A stretch of DNA of 64,000 nucleotides from Candidatus Cloacimonadota bacterium (GTDB taxonomy: Bacteria; Cloacimonadota; Cloacimonadia; Cloacimonadales; Cloacimonadaceae), in the NCBI GenBank assembly GCA_029567705.1, contig JAKPXC010000040.1:774-64773 (forward strand), in the 5' to 3' direction. Each line of letters begins with the position of its first letter. Positions within the stretch are counted from its first letter, which is position 1. The notes beneath the pieces are model-generated. The model made no database searches, was not told the DNA's origin, and saw only the letters and a program-made list of their open reading frames with translations. Position numbers and translations under genes: made by a program. Below are positions 39,636-49,180 of this stretch, one piece after another.

Positions 39636-39991
39636 TTTGTTCTCCTTGATTCAATCATATTTAGAGCTTCATCGACCGATATAAAACCTTCTTCCAGATC
39701 ATTCATGATATCATTGAAATCAGTGATCACAGGTTCGGTTCCCTTTATCCTGTTGATAATCTCGGCCAGTCTGTTTTTGACAGTGGGATAAGAAATGCTC
39801 AGGCGTTTTTCCATCTCTTTGATGTTTCCCTGAACCGTAACAAACAAACGCACAAACTCAAGCTGTTCGGAATTCAAAGCTTCCAGCCAGGAACTCTCGA
39901 AATCCCCTTCCAGAGATAGTTCACAGCTCTCACAATAATACTGCCTGATCTTTAATTGACCTTGGCAAACGGGACAGCTATTCAGCTTCAT
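39632..39991 (-). CDS. DUF2089 zinc-ribbon plus HTH protein
   Basis: CPVCQGQL...YYCESCE zinc ribbon. LEFVRLFVTVQGNIKEMEKRLSISYPTVKNRL HTH. 4-nt overlap with the downstream gene. Confidence 0.75.
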   Translation of the reverse strand: MKLNSCPVCQGQLKIRQYYCESCELSLEGDFESSWLEALNSEQLEFVRLFVTVQGNIKEMEKRLSISYPTVKNRLAEIINRIKGTEPVITDFNDIMNDLEEGFISVDEALNMIESRRTK

Positions 39992-40188
39992 GATCTATTT
40001 CCTCTCTTTCTACTATAATGATCTTGATGTTCTTTAGGACAAGATAAGAGATGCCTTAATTATGTCAAGTACTATATTAATTTTTTTAAGCTTCCATACT
40101 AAGATGCTTAATAATAGGCGACTATATAAGCCATTTAGAAAGGGAAAGAGGTATCGTGATTGTGACTGACTTGGCAGCCATTGGCTAA

Positions 40189-40252
40189 AGTAACATAGGA
40201 TAAGAGTTTCCTAAACTGAGGTTAAGGATGGGTTAAGGAATCGTATTAGGAA
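40189..40252 (+). repeat. GGTTAAGGAT-unit intergenic element, copy 5 (2 units)
   Basis: aagTAACataGGATAAGagTTTCCTAAACtgagGTTAAGGATGGGTTAAGGAatcgtATTAGGAAG. The 5' arm is shortened. Confidence 0.9.
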
Positions 40253-40320
40253 GCCATAGGTAAGACATCCGGATCCAGCCAGCAGAATTCGGCAACTAAA
40301 TGCCCCCGAGACAGATATGG

Positions 40321-40749
40321 CTATGGAGCTGAAAACCTCAGATCCAGGGTTCGATTACTATCCTGAAAGTTCTTCCCGGGTTTGAATTCAGCCTCCCTGA
40401 CTACGTAGACCGTCATGTCGGTGCCAGTATCCTGGTTCAGATAAGTCAGGAAGGCTGTCAGATCATCAGAACGAGGCCCAAATATCAGGTCTCCTTTCAT
40501 AAATCCTACTCTCTCGGAAAAGCTTCCTGCTTGGATCTCATCTACTTGGATGAGCTCTATATCGTAATCCAGACCATGCCACTGAGGACTGATGAAAGTG
40601 ATACCATAACGATCTTGAATCATTTGCTCCAGATCCACCTGTTTACGAAAGCTGGGAAGAATGAGCAACAAGACAATCAACAACGACAAGGCAAAGACTA
40701 TTATTCTGAAGAGCTTCTTGCTTACAACCGGTCTGTTATCGTCTGTCAT
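40321..40749 (-). CDS. Small membrane-anchored protein with a possible PDZ-like domain
   Basis: N-terminal TM FRIIVFALSLLIVLLLIL. VDEIQAGSFSERVGFMKGDLIF resembles a PDZ carboxylate-binding region (weak). Confidence 0.5.
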   Translation of the reverse strand: MTDDNRPVVSKKLFRIIVFALSLLIVLLLILPSFRKQVDLEQMIQDRYGITFISPQWHGLDYDIELIQVDEIQAGSFSERVGFMKGDLIFGPRSDDLTAFLTYLNQDTGTDMTVYVVREAEFKPGKNFQDSNRTLDLRFSAP

Positions 40750-40759
40750 GCATTTTCTC

Positions 40760-42517
40760 TTAGTTCAAATAGTACCAATGCAGATTGGCATGAACCGATT
40801 GAGGGATGGGATAGGTGCCAAAGAGATCAGAGTCGAAAACATTTTTGAAGCTCACGGTAAAATCAAAGAGCTTGCTTATCTGGACTCCGGCCCACATATC
40901 CATGATGGCAGAACCTGTGATTTTGACAGGAGGCATGATGGAAAGATAGTAGTCACTGTGCCCGTAAAGAGCTACTCCACAGAGAATAGCGTTGTCTTTT
41001 GTGAGTTTACGCTTTAACTCCAGATGAGATTGATACCTCAGAGAAGGAAGCTCCGCAAGTTGTTGATATGCCCATTCTGGTTCCGGACAATCCTGCCAAC
41101 TAACATTCTGTTTCAAAGTCAGATCAGCAAAGCTAAAACTATGTGTCCAATCCAAGGTCATGTCTACATAAGGGAAGTCTTGTGTAGCTCTATATGTGCC
41201 GCCATTATACTCTCCTCCCTTCTGAATGCTCTTCATGCCCCCTATAGCTTGCAGCTTAACTCTCTCAGAGGGCTCAAGAATCAGGTTTGCAGCCAGGTTT
41301 TGTTTGATAACCTGATATCCGGAATCCAGCCACAGTCCCGGATTGTTAATGTCTTGCAGCAGAGTAAGCGGTGTGTTCTGGGTGCATAAATAACCGTAGC
41401 CGCCAAGCTTAAGCCAGTTATTTTTCCATGCCAGTCTTGCTTCCAATAGAGGATTTCCACTGAAGAAAGTGTCGAACCTGCCAAACAGCTCAAGTTGCCT
41501 TCCGTCATAGGAGTAGTTGATGCCTGTGCGGTATTTATAGTCCACCTCTCCGGTTCTGGCCTGGGGAGTGAAGTCCAGATCGACATCGTAGCGTTCGTGG
41601 TACAGGCTGATCTTGAAGGGACCTTTTGCATAGTCCTTGAAGAATCGATATTGAAGGGTTTGGTTACTTTGGTCAAGGTTGCCGCCTTTGGCTGTCTCGT
41701 TGACCGATAGAATACTGAATTCAAGCATAGGACTGTGAATAGCCGCATAGAACTGCCTGAGGCGGTGATCAATGGAGAAATTGTTGGGTTGCCAGTAAGC
41801 TGGAAGAAGGTCTTGAGAGCTATTGTCCTGTGCCCAATCCACCAATTCCAGCTCTATATTCCAGTTTCTGTTGCTCCAGGAAAGATAGTTTCTTAGAGAG
41901 CTTTGATCGTGATCCAGTCCCGTCCATACACCTGTCTGAACCAGCAGATTCAAGCTGTAGTACAAGCCAGGAAAGCCCAGCATCTCGTCTTTCTTGAATC
42001 CTACTCGGGCAAAGTTGTATTCATAATCGCCCAGCCCGGCCTGGATATCTGAAAGCATAACTTTGTAAGGATACCTATTCTCCGAGAAGTCCAAGCTTCT
42101 TCCACTGGTGGACTGGGAATAGAAGGTATCGTAGTATTGGATGAGAAGCGCATCAGACCAAATTGTAGGCATCTGAGTAAAGCCATGTCTGCTGATACCC
42201 ATATGATGGTTGTTCAGCCCTATAGCATGGTAAGAAGCACGATAGATGTCCAAACTGCTGAGCATTGGACTCTCTGCCTTGAAGATGAACGAATTTAAGC
42301 TTCGCCTGTCCCGATCCCGTTCAATCCAGGCGTCCACTTCAGAGCGTGGAACAGTGAACTGCTCAGGATTGAGTGTATCTTGAGCTGTTGGTTCTTCTAT
42401 GAGTACGGGATTATCGTCGATGGCATTGAGACTATCGCTTTCAACTTCAACAATCTGTGCGTAAAGGCTGATAGAGACAAATATCAGTATCAGAGCCAGG
42501 ATGCTTCTTTGTACCAT
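40760..42517 (-). CDS. Predicted outer-membrane beta-barrel protein (585 aa), family unknown
   Basis: Signal peptide MVQRSILALILIFVSISLYAQ. Y/W/N/S-rich alternating strands. Overlaps the epimerase stop by 28 nt. Confidence 0.65.
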   Translation of the reverse strand: MVQRSILALILIFVSISLYAQIVEVESDSLNAIDDNPVLIEEPTAQDTLNPEQFTVPRSEVDAWIERDRDRRSLNSFIFKAESPMLSSLDIYRASYHAIGLNNHHMGISRHGFTQMPTIWSDALLIQYYDTFYSQSTSGRSLDFSENRYPYKVMLSDIQAGLGDYEYNFARVGFKKDEMLGFPGLYYSLNLLVQTGVWTGLDHDQSSLRNYLSWSNRNWNIELELVDWAQDNSSQDLLPAYWQPNNFSIDHRLRQFYAAIHSPMLEFSILSVNETAKGGNLDQSNQTLQYRFFKDYAKGPFKISLYHERYDVDLDFTPQARTGEVDYKYRTGINYSYDGRQLELFGRFDTFFSGNPLLEARLAWKNNWLKLGGYGYLCTQNTPLTLLQDINNPGLWLDSGYQVIKQNLAANLILEPSERVKLQAIGGMKSIQKGGEYNGGTYRATQDFPYVDMTLDWTHSFSFADLTLKQNVSWQDCPEPEWAYQQLAELPSLRYQSHLELKRKLTKDNAILCGVALYGHSDYYLSIMPPVKITGSAIMDMWAGVQISKLFDFTVSFKNVFDSDLFGTYPIPQSVHANLHWYYLN

Positions 42518-43458
42518 TGGATGGTCTCCTTGATGCTTTTCTCCAAGTTAGGTTGAGGGTTATATCCCAGAAGATTGCGGGCTTTTTCAATGCTGCAGAG
42601 CCAACTGTCTGCCATAAACTCTTTTATCTTTTCGCGATTCAAAACCACAGGTCTTTGGGTGATGCGTCCCCAGATCTCTCCTCCCAAAGAGGCAAGCCGG
42701 GCAAGTGACTCATGAACGGTGATATCTATTTGCTTTACGTTCAGGGCTTTGGCCATTAGTCGAGGAATCTGGTCTTGAGTATAGACTTCGCCATCTGAAG
42801 CGAAAAAGGTTTGGTTAAAGGCTTTATCATTCAAGAAGCAAAGCTCGATCAGAGTGGCAAGTTCGCAGACGTGAATCATGTTCAACTGGCGGACTTTTGT
42901 ACCCAGCCGGAGGTTCATGCCTTTAGCTGCGAGCTTGACAAGCTGGAGGAAATCCTTGTCTCCGGGGCCGTATATGGAGCAGGGACGTATGATCGTGTAG
43001 GGAACCGGGGACGATTCTCTTACCACGCGCTCGGCTCTCTGCTTGCTTTTTCCATACCAGGTGACGGGCGCTGAGGGGGCTTCTTCGGTGATGGCTTCAC
43101 CCAGTTTTGAGGGACGTGAGGCCGCCTGAGAAGAGATTTGGATGAATTGCTTGAGGTTTGAGGCTTGTTCACAGGTCTTTAGGATAATCCTGGTGAGCTG
43201 GACATTGGCGTTATACATCTGGGTGTAGCTGAGAGCTTTGGTCATCCCAGCATTGTGAATCAGAACATCCACGCCAGCAAGAGCTTGCAGCAGATCATTC
43301 TGGTTGCTGTAGTCCAGCCTGTGGATTTCACAATCGGGCATCAATCCCGCATCTGCATTCTTTCGGATGATAGCTATCACTTGATGACCTGATGATTGAA
43401 AGTGTCTGATGAGGCCGGAACCCACAAAGCCGTTTGCTCCGGTTATTGCTATCTTCAT
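42490..43458 (-). CDS. NAD-dependent epimerase/dehydratase (SDR) family protein
   Basis: Start moved to Met27 (MKIAITGANGFVGSGL, Rossmann GxxGxxG). The ORF-track N-terminal extension runs into tRNA-Val. Confidence 0.8.
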   Translation of the reverse strand: MKIAITGANGFVGSGLIRHFQSSGHQVIAIIRKNADAGLMPDCEIHRLDYSNQNDLLQALAGVDVLIHNAGMTKALSYTQMYNANVQLTRIILKTCEQASNLKQFIQISSQAASRPSKLGEAITEEAPSAPVTWYGKSKQRAERVVRESSPVPYTIIRPCSIYGPGDKDFLQLVKLAAKGMNLRLGTKVRQLNMIHVCELATLIELCFLNDKAFNQTFFASDGEVYTQDQIPRLMAKALNVKQIDITVHESLARLASLGGEIWGRITQRPVVLNREKIKEFMADSWLCSIEKARNLLGYNPQPNLEKSIKETIQWYKEASWL

Positions 43459-43487
43459 GTACCACCGCCTCTTTGAATTTAAGGGGA

Positions 43488-43563
43488 TGGTGGGTGATGA
43501 GGGACTTGAACCCCCGACCTCTTGCGTGTAAAGCAAGAGCTCTTCCAGCTGAGCTAATCACCC
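43488..43563 (-). tRNA. tRNA-Val(UAC), CCA encoded
   Basis: The reverse complement reads GGGTGATTAGCTCAGCTGGAAGAGCTCTTGCTTTACACGCAAGAGGTCGGGGGTTCAAGTCCCTCATCACCCACCA. Confidence 0.93.
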
Positions 43564-43579
43564 ACTATATGCTGTCTAC

Positions 43580-43657
<78 letters not shown>

Positions 43658-43666
43658 CAGTTTCGC

Positions 43667-43695
43667 CATAAAAAAAGTGGGCTTCTTTTCGTCAA
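43667..43695 (-). promoter_or_regulatory. Candidate promoter of the tRNA-Pro/tRNA-Val unit
   Basis: Minus strand: AGTCTTGACG, 17-nt spacer, TTTATG; 9 nt before the tRNA-Pro 5' end. Confidence 0.35.
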
Positions 43696-43832
43696 GACTT
43701 TTCCGAAACGTGCATCTCTGGGCTTCTCTCTGTGATGCTGTTCGAGACGCAAGGAAAAATATGTATTGACTTAATCACAATGGCTTAAAATCTGGTTCAA
43801 CCAGCAAGAAGAATACATTCAAGGAGATAGAA

Positions 43833-44009
43833 ATGGCAAAGAACCATCGCGGTAAAGGCTTGAACAGCTTGCCAAACCACGGCAGAGGCGAATGCCCCGT
43901 TTGCAAACGTACCGGCGTGAAGCTGCTGCATGAAGTCAAAGTGGCCGACAAGACCGTTAAGGTCTGCAAAGTCTGCAAAAACACAGCAGCCAGCAAGTTA
44001 AGCGCCTAA
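43833..44009 (+). CDS. Unlisted 58-aa basic zinc-ribbon protein
   Basis: Own translation: MAKNHRGKGLNSLPNHGRGECPVCKRTGVKLLHEVKVADKTVKVCKVCKNTAASKLSA. AAGGAG SD 7 nt upstream. CxxC-20-CxxC. A terminator follows. Below the 60-aa ORF-track cut-off. Confidence 0.6.
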   Translation: MAKNHRGKGLNSLPNHGRGECPVCKRTGVKLLHEVKVADKTVKVCKVCKNTAASKLSA

Positions 44010-44018
44010 TCATAATTT

Positions 44019-44072
44019 AGATCTGGGATCGGTCGTGTTTTATATAACCAAGAACTCCCGGATCTTTTTTTT
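44019..44072 (+). terminator. Candidate terminator after the small zinc-ribbon ORF
   Basis: AGATCTGGGA (44019-44028) pairs with TCCCGGATCT (44056-44065), with one G-U pair and a 27-nt loop, followed by T8. Confidence 0.5.
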
Positions 44073-44090
44073 ATGCTTGAGCAATAGAGT

Positions 44091-44885
44091 ATGAAAGCAC
44101 TCAAGGAACTGGGTCAGAACTTCCTGATTGACAAGAACATCGCGGTAGAGATTGCCACTTTGGGAGAGCTGTGTTCTGAAGATACCGTCTGGGAAATAGG
44201 GCCTGGAAAAGGCATCCTCACTCAGGCTATTTTGGATCATGGTGTTAAACTCACGGCTTTTGAACTTGACCGCCGTTTCGAAGAACCTCTCCGCAAGAGA
44301 TTCGGTGATTCTCTTGAGTTGATCCGGGCAGACGTTCTGCGTCTGAACTGGAATGAGCAACTCAGCAGGTGCCCGGAGAAAATCAAGCTTATTGCAAACA
44401 TTCCTTATCAGATCACCTCTCCCCTGCTATCAAGGCTGGAAGAACACTCTTCCCGGTTTGAGCGGATTGTTCTGATGGTTCAGAAGGAAGTGGCTGAGAG
44501 ATTGACTGCCCGGGTAGGCACCAAGGAATATGGGTTGATGACCATCAGGCTGGGATTGGTCTTTGATATCAACATAGCCATGCAGGTGGGCAGAGAGTTC
44601 TTTGATCCCTCTCCCAATGTGGATTCTGCCGTAATCGTGCTGAAACCCAGAGAGCATCAACCTCGCCTGTCGCATCCGGAGCTCTTCTACCAACTTATCC
44701 ATCACGCTTTTATGCACAGAAGAAAAACACTAAGGAACAACCTGGTCAGAATGCTGAGTAAACAAGACTTGGCAGCACTGGATAAACACAGCAAGTATGA
44801 TCTTTCCCGCCGGGGAGAAAGCTTCAGTGAAGCTGAATTTATCGATCTTTGCGAGCTTCTTTCTGCTATTATGTACAGGCCTTAG
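44091..44885 (+). CDS. rsmA: 16S rRNA (adenine1518/1519-N6)-dimethyltransferase
   Basis: MKALKELGQNFLIDKNI..., VWEIGPGKGILT SAM motif and NIPYQITSPLL. Confidence 0.9.
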   Translation: MKALKELGQNFLIDKNIAVEIATLGELCSEDTVWEIGPGKGILTQAILDHGVKLTAFELDRRFEEPLRKRFGDSLELIRADVLRLNWNEQLSRCPEKIKLIANIPYQITSPLLSRLEEHSSRFERIVLMVQKEVAERLTARVGTKEYGLMTIRLGLVFDINIAMQVGREFFDPSPNVDSAVIVLKPREHQPRLSHPELFYQLIHHAFMHRRKTLRNNLVRMLSKQDLAALDKHSKYDLSRRGESFSEAEFIDLCELLSAIMYRP

Positions 44886-46629
44886 CGCTCAGAACAGCGC
44901 TCTGGACCTGTATCTTTACAATAATAGCAGCATCCGTATTCTGGATAACCAGCTACTCTACAATCTATCTCCAATAAAACATACATCATTTAAGCTTACC
45001 GGCAGCACTCAGAATGAAACGCGCCTGAACTTTAATCAAAACACACGCCTGGCAGACCTGAAGCTGGATATCAGCTATGATCGAGGAATCTTCAAGCACT
45101 ACCTCCTGAGTGGCTTCAATTATCATTACGATAAGAACGACCTGGAGACAGACCTCTCCGCATATCAAAGCAGGATGGGCTTCTTAGGCTATGGTCTCCA
45201 ACTTAACCCTATGGATAGTCTCTTCTTCAATATCAATGGCAAAGCCTATCTCAGAACGGAGAGAGACAGGTTCCTGGCTGAGACCAATCTAAAGGGAGAT
45301 GGTCAGCAGCTCAGCGGACAAAGCTCCTATTCATACTACTCCAACACCGGATACTACGGTCTGATTGGCAGAGGAGAGTATCTGGACCTTGATTGGGAGC
45401 ACTACGAGAGCTATGGCCTGAACGCCTTTATCAATCAAGATGTTTGGGGAACGGAACTGGCGAGTTCCTTTAGCTTGGATAGTAGAAGAGATCACTTCTA
45501 TACTCTTGAACAGAATGACGATCCCGGGCTTCCCAGCAGTTACGTGGAGACAGATAAGCAGAAACGTTGGTCCCTGGTCTCGGATACAAGGCTCAATCTT
45601 AATCCTACTGAGGCCATCGTACTTAACATAAGCAACAACTTCAGCCAGCGCAAGACAAGGCTGGAACAGAATCTAAGCCGCAACAATGCAGACTTCATCA
45701 ACCAAGCCTCAGTGCTTGTGAACTACAATCCTGTGCCGCAGTTATCCTGGCAGACAAATCTGGGGCACAATTTTGCCATCAAGGATTTCTCCTTTTCCAA
45801 TTCTAACCGGCACACAGAGCTTCGTAACCTTGGAACTAACTTACTATGGGAATACTCCCCCGGAGATACTCTCAGCTTGGGAAGCGGAATAGACCTGCAG
45901 CGCACTACCTACCCAAATGATGACCACAGATTGGATAATGACCTGAGAAACATCAATCTCCGACTTGGCTGGAAACACTATTACAAGAGTAGATTGCGTC
46001 TTTCCAACCGCCTACTATGGAGTTTGAAAGACGATGTCTATATCGACAGCCTGCTCTCTGGAAACAATACTCGTGTCTTCAGCCTGAGTTACCTGCCAGA
46101 GATAAGCCTATTGATCGGTGATCGCATCATGCTGAAGCAGAACTATCAACTCCGGGTGGATTACACAGACTACATGTATCTGATAGAGGAGCAAACCAAC
46201 GAGCTTTATCGCCAGTTTACTGCCAGATACAACCTAATCTTTGATAGTTTTCCCTTCGTTGCCCGTTCCGGAGATAGCCGATGGCTGGAGCTTCCTTATC
46301 GTAACGGAAACGATAACGGCATCCTTCTTGATGGCTTACTGCTTTATGAGAGAAGTGAGTATGGATACCAAGAAAACGATGGCTACATCATTAACTCCCT
46401 CACGGAAAGATATACTGCAGGGCTGAGCCTCAGGCACGACATCGGTTCTTTTTACTATCTTGTCCAACCCCGCATCAGTTGGGGTACCTGGAGGGAGTAT
46501 AGCGCAGTGTTTCTGGGAGCCTTCAGTTTTGATCAGGATTCCAGCCTGGAAGTCTCTTTAAACCCCATAGGAGAAGATCTGGAGAACCTAGACTGGCGTT
46601 TGAATCTTACACTAAGCCTGAGATACTAA
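44827..46629 (+). CDS. Predicted outer-membrane beta-barrel protein (~600 aa), family unknown
   Basis: Start is uncertain: GTG 44827 after GGAG, or ATG 44797. Signal peptide KLNLSIFASFFLLLCTGLSAQ. Ends ...LTLSLRY. Overlaps the rsmA 3' end by at least 59 nt. Confidence 0.65.
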   Translation: MKLNLSIFASFFLLLCTGLSAQNSALDLYLYNNSSIRILDNQLLYNLSPIKHTSFKLTGSTQNETRLNFNQNTRLADLKLDISYDRGIFKHYLLSGFNYHYDKNDLETDLSAYQSRMGFLGYGLQLNPMDSLFFNINGKAYLRTERDRFLAETNLKGDGQQLSGQSSYSYYSNTGYYGLIGRGEYLDLDWEHYESYGLNAFINQDVWGTELASSFSLDSRRDHFYTLEQNDDPGLPSSYVETDKQKRWSLVSDTRLNLNPTEAIVLNISNNFSQRKTRLEQNLSRNNADFINQASVLVNYNPVPQLSWQTNLGHNFAIKDFSFSNSNRHTELRNLGTNLLWEYSPGDTLSLGSGIDLQRTTYPNDDHRLDNDLRNINLRLGWKHYYKSRLRLSNRLLWSLKDDVYIDSLLSGNNTRVFSLSYLPEISLLIGDRIMLKQNYQLRVDYTDYMYLIEEQTNELYRQFTARYNLIFDSFPFVARSGDSRWLELPYRNGNDNGILLDGLLLYERSEYGYQENDGYIINSLTERYTAGLSLRHDIGSFYYLVQPRISWGTWREYSAVFLGAFSFDQDSSLEVSLNPIGEDLENLDWRLNLTLSLRY

Positions 46630-46695
46630 ATATCCGGGTTGACATAAAGCATATTTACTTCAGACTGACACGCATCACAGATTTGGAGAACAAGA

Positions 46696-48348
46696 TTGAA
46701 AGATATATTTACCATATTAGTCGGAGGGAAAGCCGGCGAAGGCGTGAAGAAGCTTGCCCAGTTAATAGCCAAGACCGCTCTGTACCATGGCCTTCACTGC
46801 TTTCAAAGTGACGACTATCAAAGCCTGATCAAGGGTGGGCACAACTTCAGCACCGTATCCATCTCCGGATATCCCATCTACAATTCTTATAAAGAGGCGG
46901 ATTTGATCATCTGCCTGGATCAACAGAGCTATACAAAACATCTGGCTGAACTCAAGCAAGATGGAGATATCTTCTACAATAGCGATGAAGCCACCAATGA
47001 GACCGGTATTGGACTTCCTCTATCCTCCCTGATGAAGGAGTCCTATCAGACACCGGCAAATCTCAGCTTGGCTGGGCTTGCCATCTTCTTTGCCTATTTG
47101 GGTTTGAGTATGGATGAGATGCAGAAGCTGATCCACTCAAGTTACAAGAAACAGATTGATGAGAACGTAAGCTTCGCAGAGAAATGCTATCCCCTGGTTA
47201 CACCTGCCAGATCACTTCCCAGTCCCGTAATCCCTACTACCTCAAACAAGCTTTACACCGGCAATCAAGCCATCTCTTTGGGAGCTTGGCTGGCAGGTCT
47301 GGATATGTACTTTGCCTATCCCATGACACCGGCTTCTTCCATCCTTCACTATCTGGCTTCCCTGTCCGCCAAACTGGGCGTGAAAGCCATCCATGCTGAG
47401 AGTGAACTGGCTGCTGCAAACATGGCAGTCGGAGCCGTGGTAGGTGGTGCCAGGGCTGCCATCGGGAGCAGTGGTGGAGGTTTTGCTCTGATGCAAGAAG
47501 CTTTCTCCCTTGCAGGTATCACCGAAGCTCCCCTGCTTTGCGTGCTTTCCTCGCGTCCTGGCCCTGCCACAGGAGTCTCCACTTATACTGCCCAGGAAGA
47601 CCTCTACTTCGCTTTGCATCAGGGACACGGAGAGTTCAGCAGAATAGTTGCCAGTCCGGACAGCACAGAACGTGCTTTCAAGCTTGCTGGAGAGCTACTA
47701 TCTCTGGCCTGGGAACTCCAGATACCCACCATCCTGCTCACAGAAAAGCATCTTTCAGAATCCATGCAAAACGTTACCTTCCCCACAGATAGTCATCCTG
47801 ATGCCACAGCTCTTCTGCCAGATAGCAAAGAAGGCTACAAACGCTACACCATCACAGATAACGGCATCTCCCCCCTACTCTTCCCACCTTCTGACGAAGT
47901 GATCAAATGGAACTCCCACGAGCATCTGGAAAGCGGACTGCGGACAGATCAAGCCGATACAATGGTCGCCATGCAGGATAAGCGGGACAGGAAACCCATT
48001 GAAGCGGCATGCGCCAAGTACGAACGCTTTGCAATCTATGGAAAAGGCAAACGGCGCATCTTTGCTTATGGCTCCACAGCTCTGGAGATTCGCGAAGCCA
48101 TGAAGCACCTTATAGACGATTATCAACTGGTAGTTCCCATTTATCTCGAACCCTTGCCAATAGAAGAGCTTCTACCCTATTGCGATGAACCAGCTATAGT
48201 GGTGGAACACAATTCCAAACCCCGCTTTGCCCAATTCCTCAAAGAGAAGCTGGGCTTGCAGAGTCGTGCAGATATCCTGCGTTATGATGGCCGGGCCTGG
48301 GATCCTATTGAACTGGCAAAGCGAATCATGGAGGTGGATCATGCGTAA
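46696..48348 (+). CDS. 2-oxoacid:ferredoxin oxidoreductase, fused gamma-alpha subunit
   Basis: TTG start after GGAG. Gamma-type ILVGGKAGEGVKKLAQLI. Alpha-type YTGNQAISLGAWLAGLDMYFAYPMTPASSI. Confidence 0.8.
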   Translation: MKDIFTILVGGKAGEGVKKLAQLIAKTALYHGLHCFQSDDYQSLIKGGHNFSTVSISGYPIYNSYKEADLIICLDQQSYTKHLAELKQDGDIFYNSDEATNETGIGLPLSSLMKESYQTPANLSLAGLAIFFAYLGLSMDEMQKLIHSSYKKQIDENVSFAEKCYPLVTPARSLPSPVIPTTSNKLYTGNQAISLGAWLAGLDMYFAYPMTPASSILHYLASLSAKLGVKAIHAESELAAANMAVGAVVGGARAAIGSSGGGFALMQEAFSLAGITEAPLLCVLSSRPGPATGVSTYTAQEDLYFALHQGHGEFSRIVASPDSTERAFKLAGELLSLAWELQIPTILLTEKHLSESMQNVTFPTDSHPDATALLPDSKEGYKRYTITDNGISPLLFPPSDEVIKWNSHEHLESGLRTDQADTMVAMQDKRDRKPIEAACAKYERFAIYGKGKRRIFAYGSTALEIREAMKHLIDDYQLVVPIYLEPLPIEELLPYCDEPAIVVEHNSKPRFAQFLKEKLGLQSRADILRYDGRAWDPIELAKRIMEVDHA

Positions 48349-49180
48349 TCTGGATACGGGAAAAGCCAATACCTGGTGCCCTGCCTGCGGTAACTTTGGC
48401 ATCCTAAATGCCGTTAAGATGGCCTTCAACCAGCTCTTTGATTCCGGCTTGAATCCTGCCACGCTTGCCATTACCTGCGGTATAGGCTGTCATGGAAAGA
48501 TCTTTGACTATCTCAATGTTTCAGGTATCTATGGCCTTCATGGCAGAGCTGTTGCCACTGCCTCCGGAATCAAGCTGGCAAATCCCGAGCTACAGGTTCT
48601 AAGCTTTGGCGGTGATGGAGACAGCCTGGGCGAAGGCCTGGAACACACACTCTTTGCAGCCAAACGCAATCTGGACATCACCCTGATCTTGCATAATAAT
48701 GGCAATTACGGCCTCACAACTGGTCAGTTCTCCCCCCTCTCCCCTCTGGGCTTCAGAGGTCTCTCCAGCCCCCAAGGCAGCGTGGAAGAACCTTTCCAGG
48801 CCATTCCCTTGCTTTTAATCTCCGGCGCTAGCTTCGTAGCCCGAGCATATTCTGCCAATCCCAAGCAGCTTGCCTCTATTATACGGCAGGGCGTGGAGCA
48901 CAAAGGCTTCTCCTTCATCGAAGTGCTGCAACCCTGCGTAAGTTACAACAACACCTATAGCTACTACAATCAACACGTCAAAGAACTGGAGAGCCGTCCT
49001 GCAGATATCATGGAAGCCATCCGCATAGCAAACGATGCAGAGACAATCTGGACGGGTGTTTATTACCAGACAGAGAAACCTACTTACCATGAATCTGCTC
49101 CCGGTCTGGCCAATCCTGCTATGCAGAGACCGGATCAACCTGCCCGTCTTGAGATGCTTCGCAGCCTGAATCTGATATGA
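48341..49180 (+). CDS. 2-oxoacid:ferredoxin oxidoreductase beta (TPP-binding) subunit
   Basis: Start moved to the ATG at 48341 (8-nt overlap). TWCPACGNFGIL and GGDGDSLGEG (TPP GDG) motifs. Confidence 0.85.
   Translation: MRNLDTGKANTWCPACGNFGILNAVKMAFNQLFDSGLNPATLAITCGIGCHGKIFDYLNVSGIYGLHGRAVATASGIKLANPELQVLSFGGDGDSLGEGLEHTLFAAKRNLDITLILHNNGNYGLTTGQFSPLSPLGFRGLSSPQGSVEEPFQAIPLLLISGASFVARAYSANPKQLASIIRQGVEHKGFSFIEVLQPCVSYNNTYSYYNQHVKELESRPADIMEAIRIANDAETIWTGVYYQTEKPTYHESAPGLANPAMQRPDQPARLEMLRSLNLI

Noticed and set aside
43459-43536. N-terminal 26-aa extension of the epimerase ORF (MLYTQEVGGSSPSSPT...).
   Set aside because: It runs through tRNA-Val on the same strand. QEVGGSSPS is the typical translation artefact of a tRNA T-arm. 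The Rossmann motif begins right after Met27.
43775-43996. 73-aa minus-strand ORF from the track.
   Set aside because: The opposite-strand 58-aa zinc-ribbon ORF has an SD, a promoter-like box and a terminator. The minus-strand ORF has none and looks like a shadow ORF.
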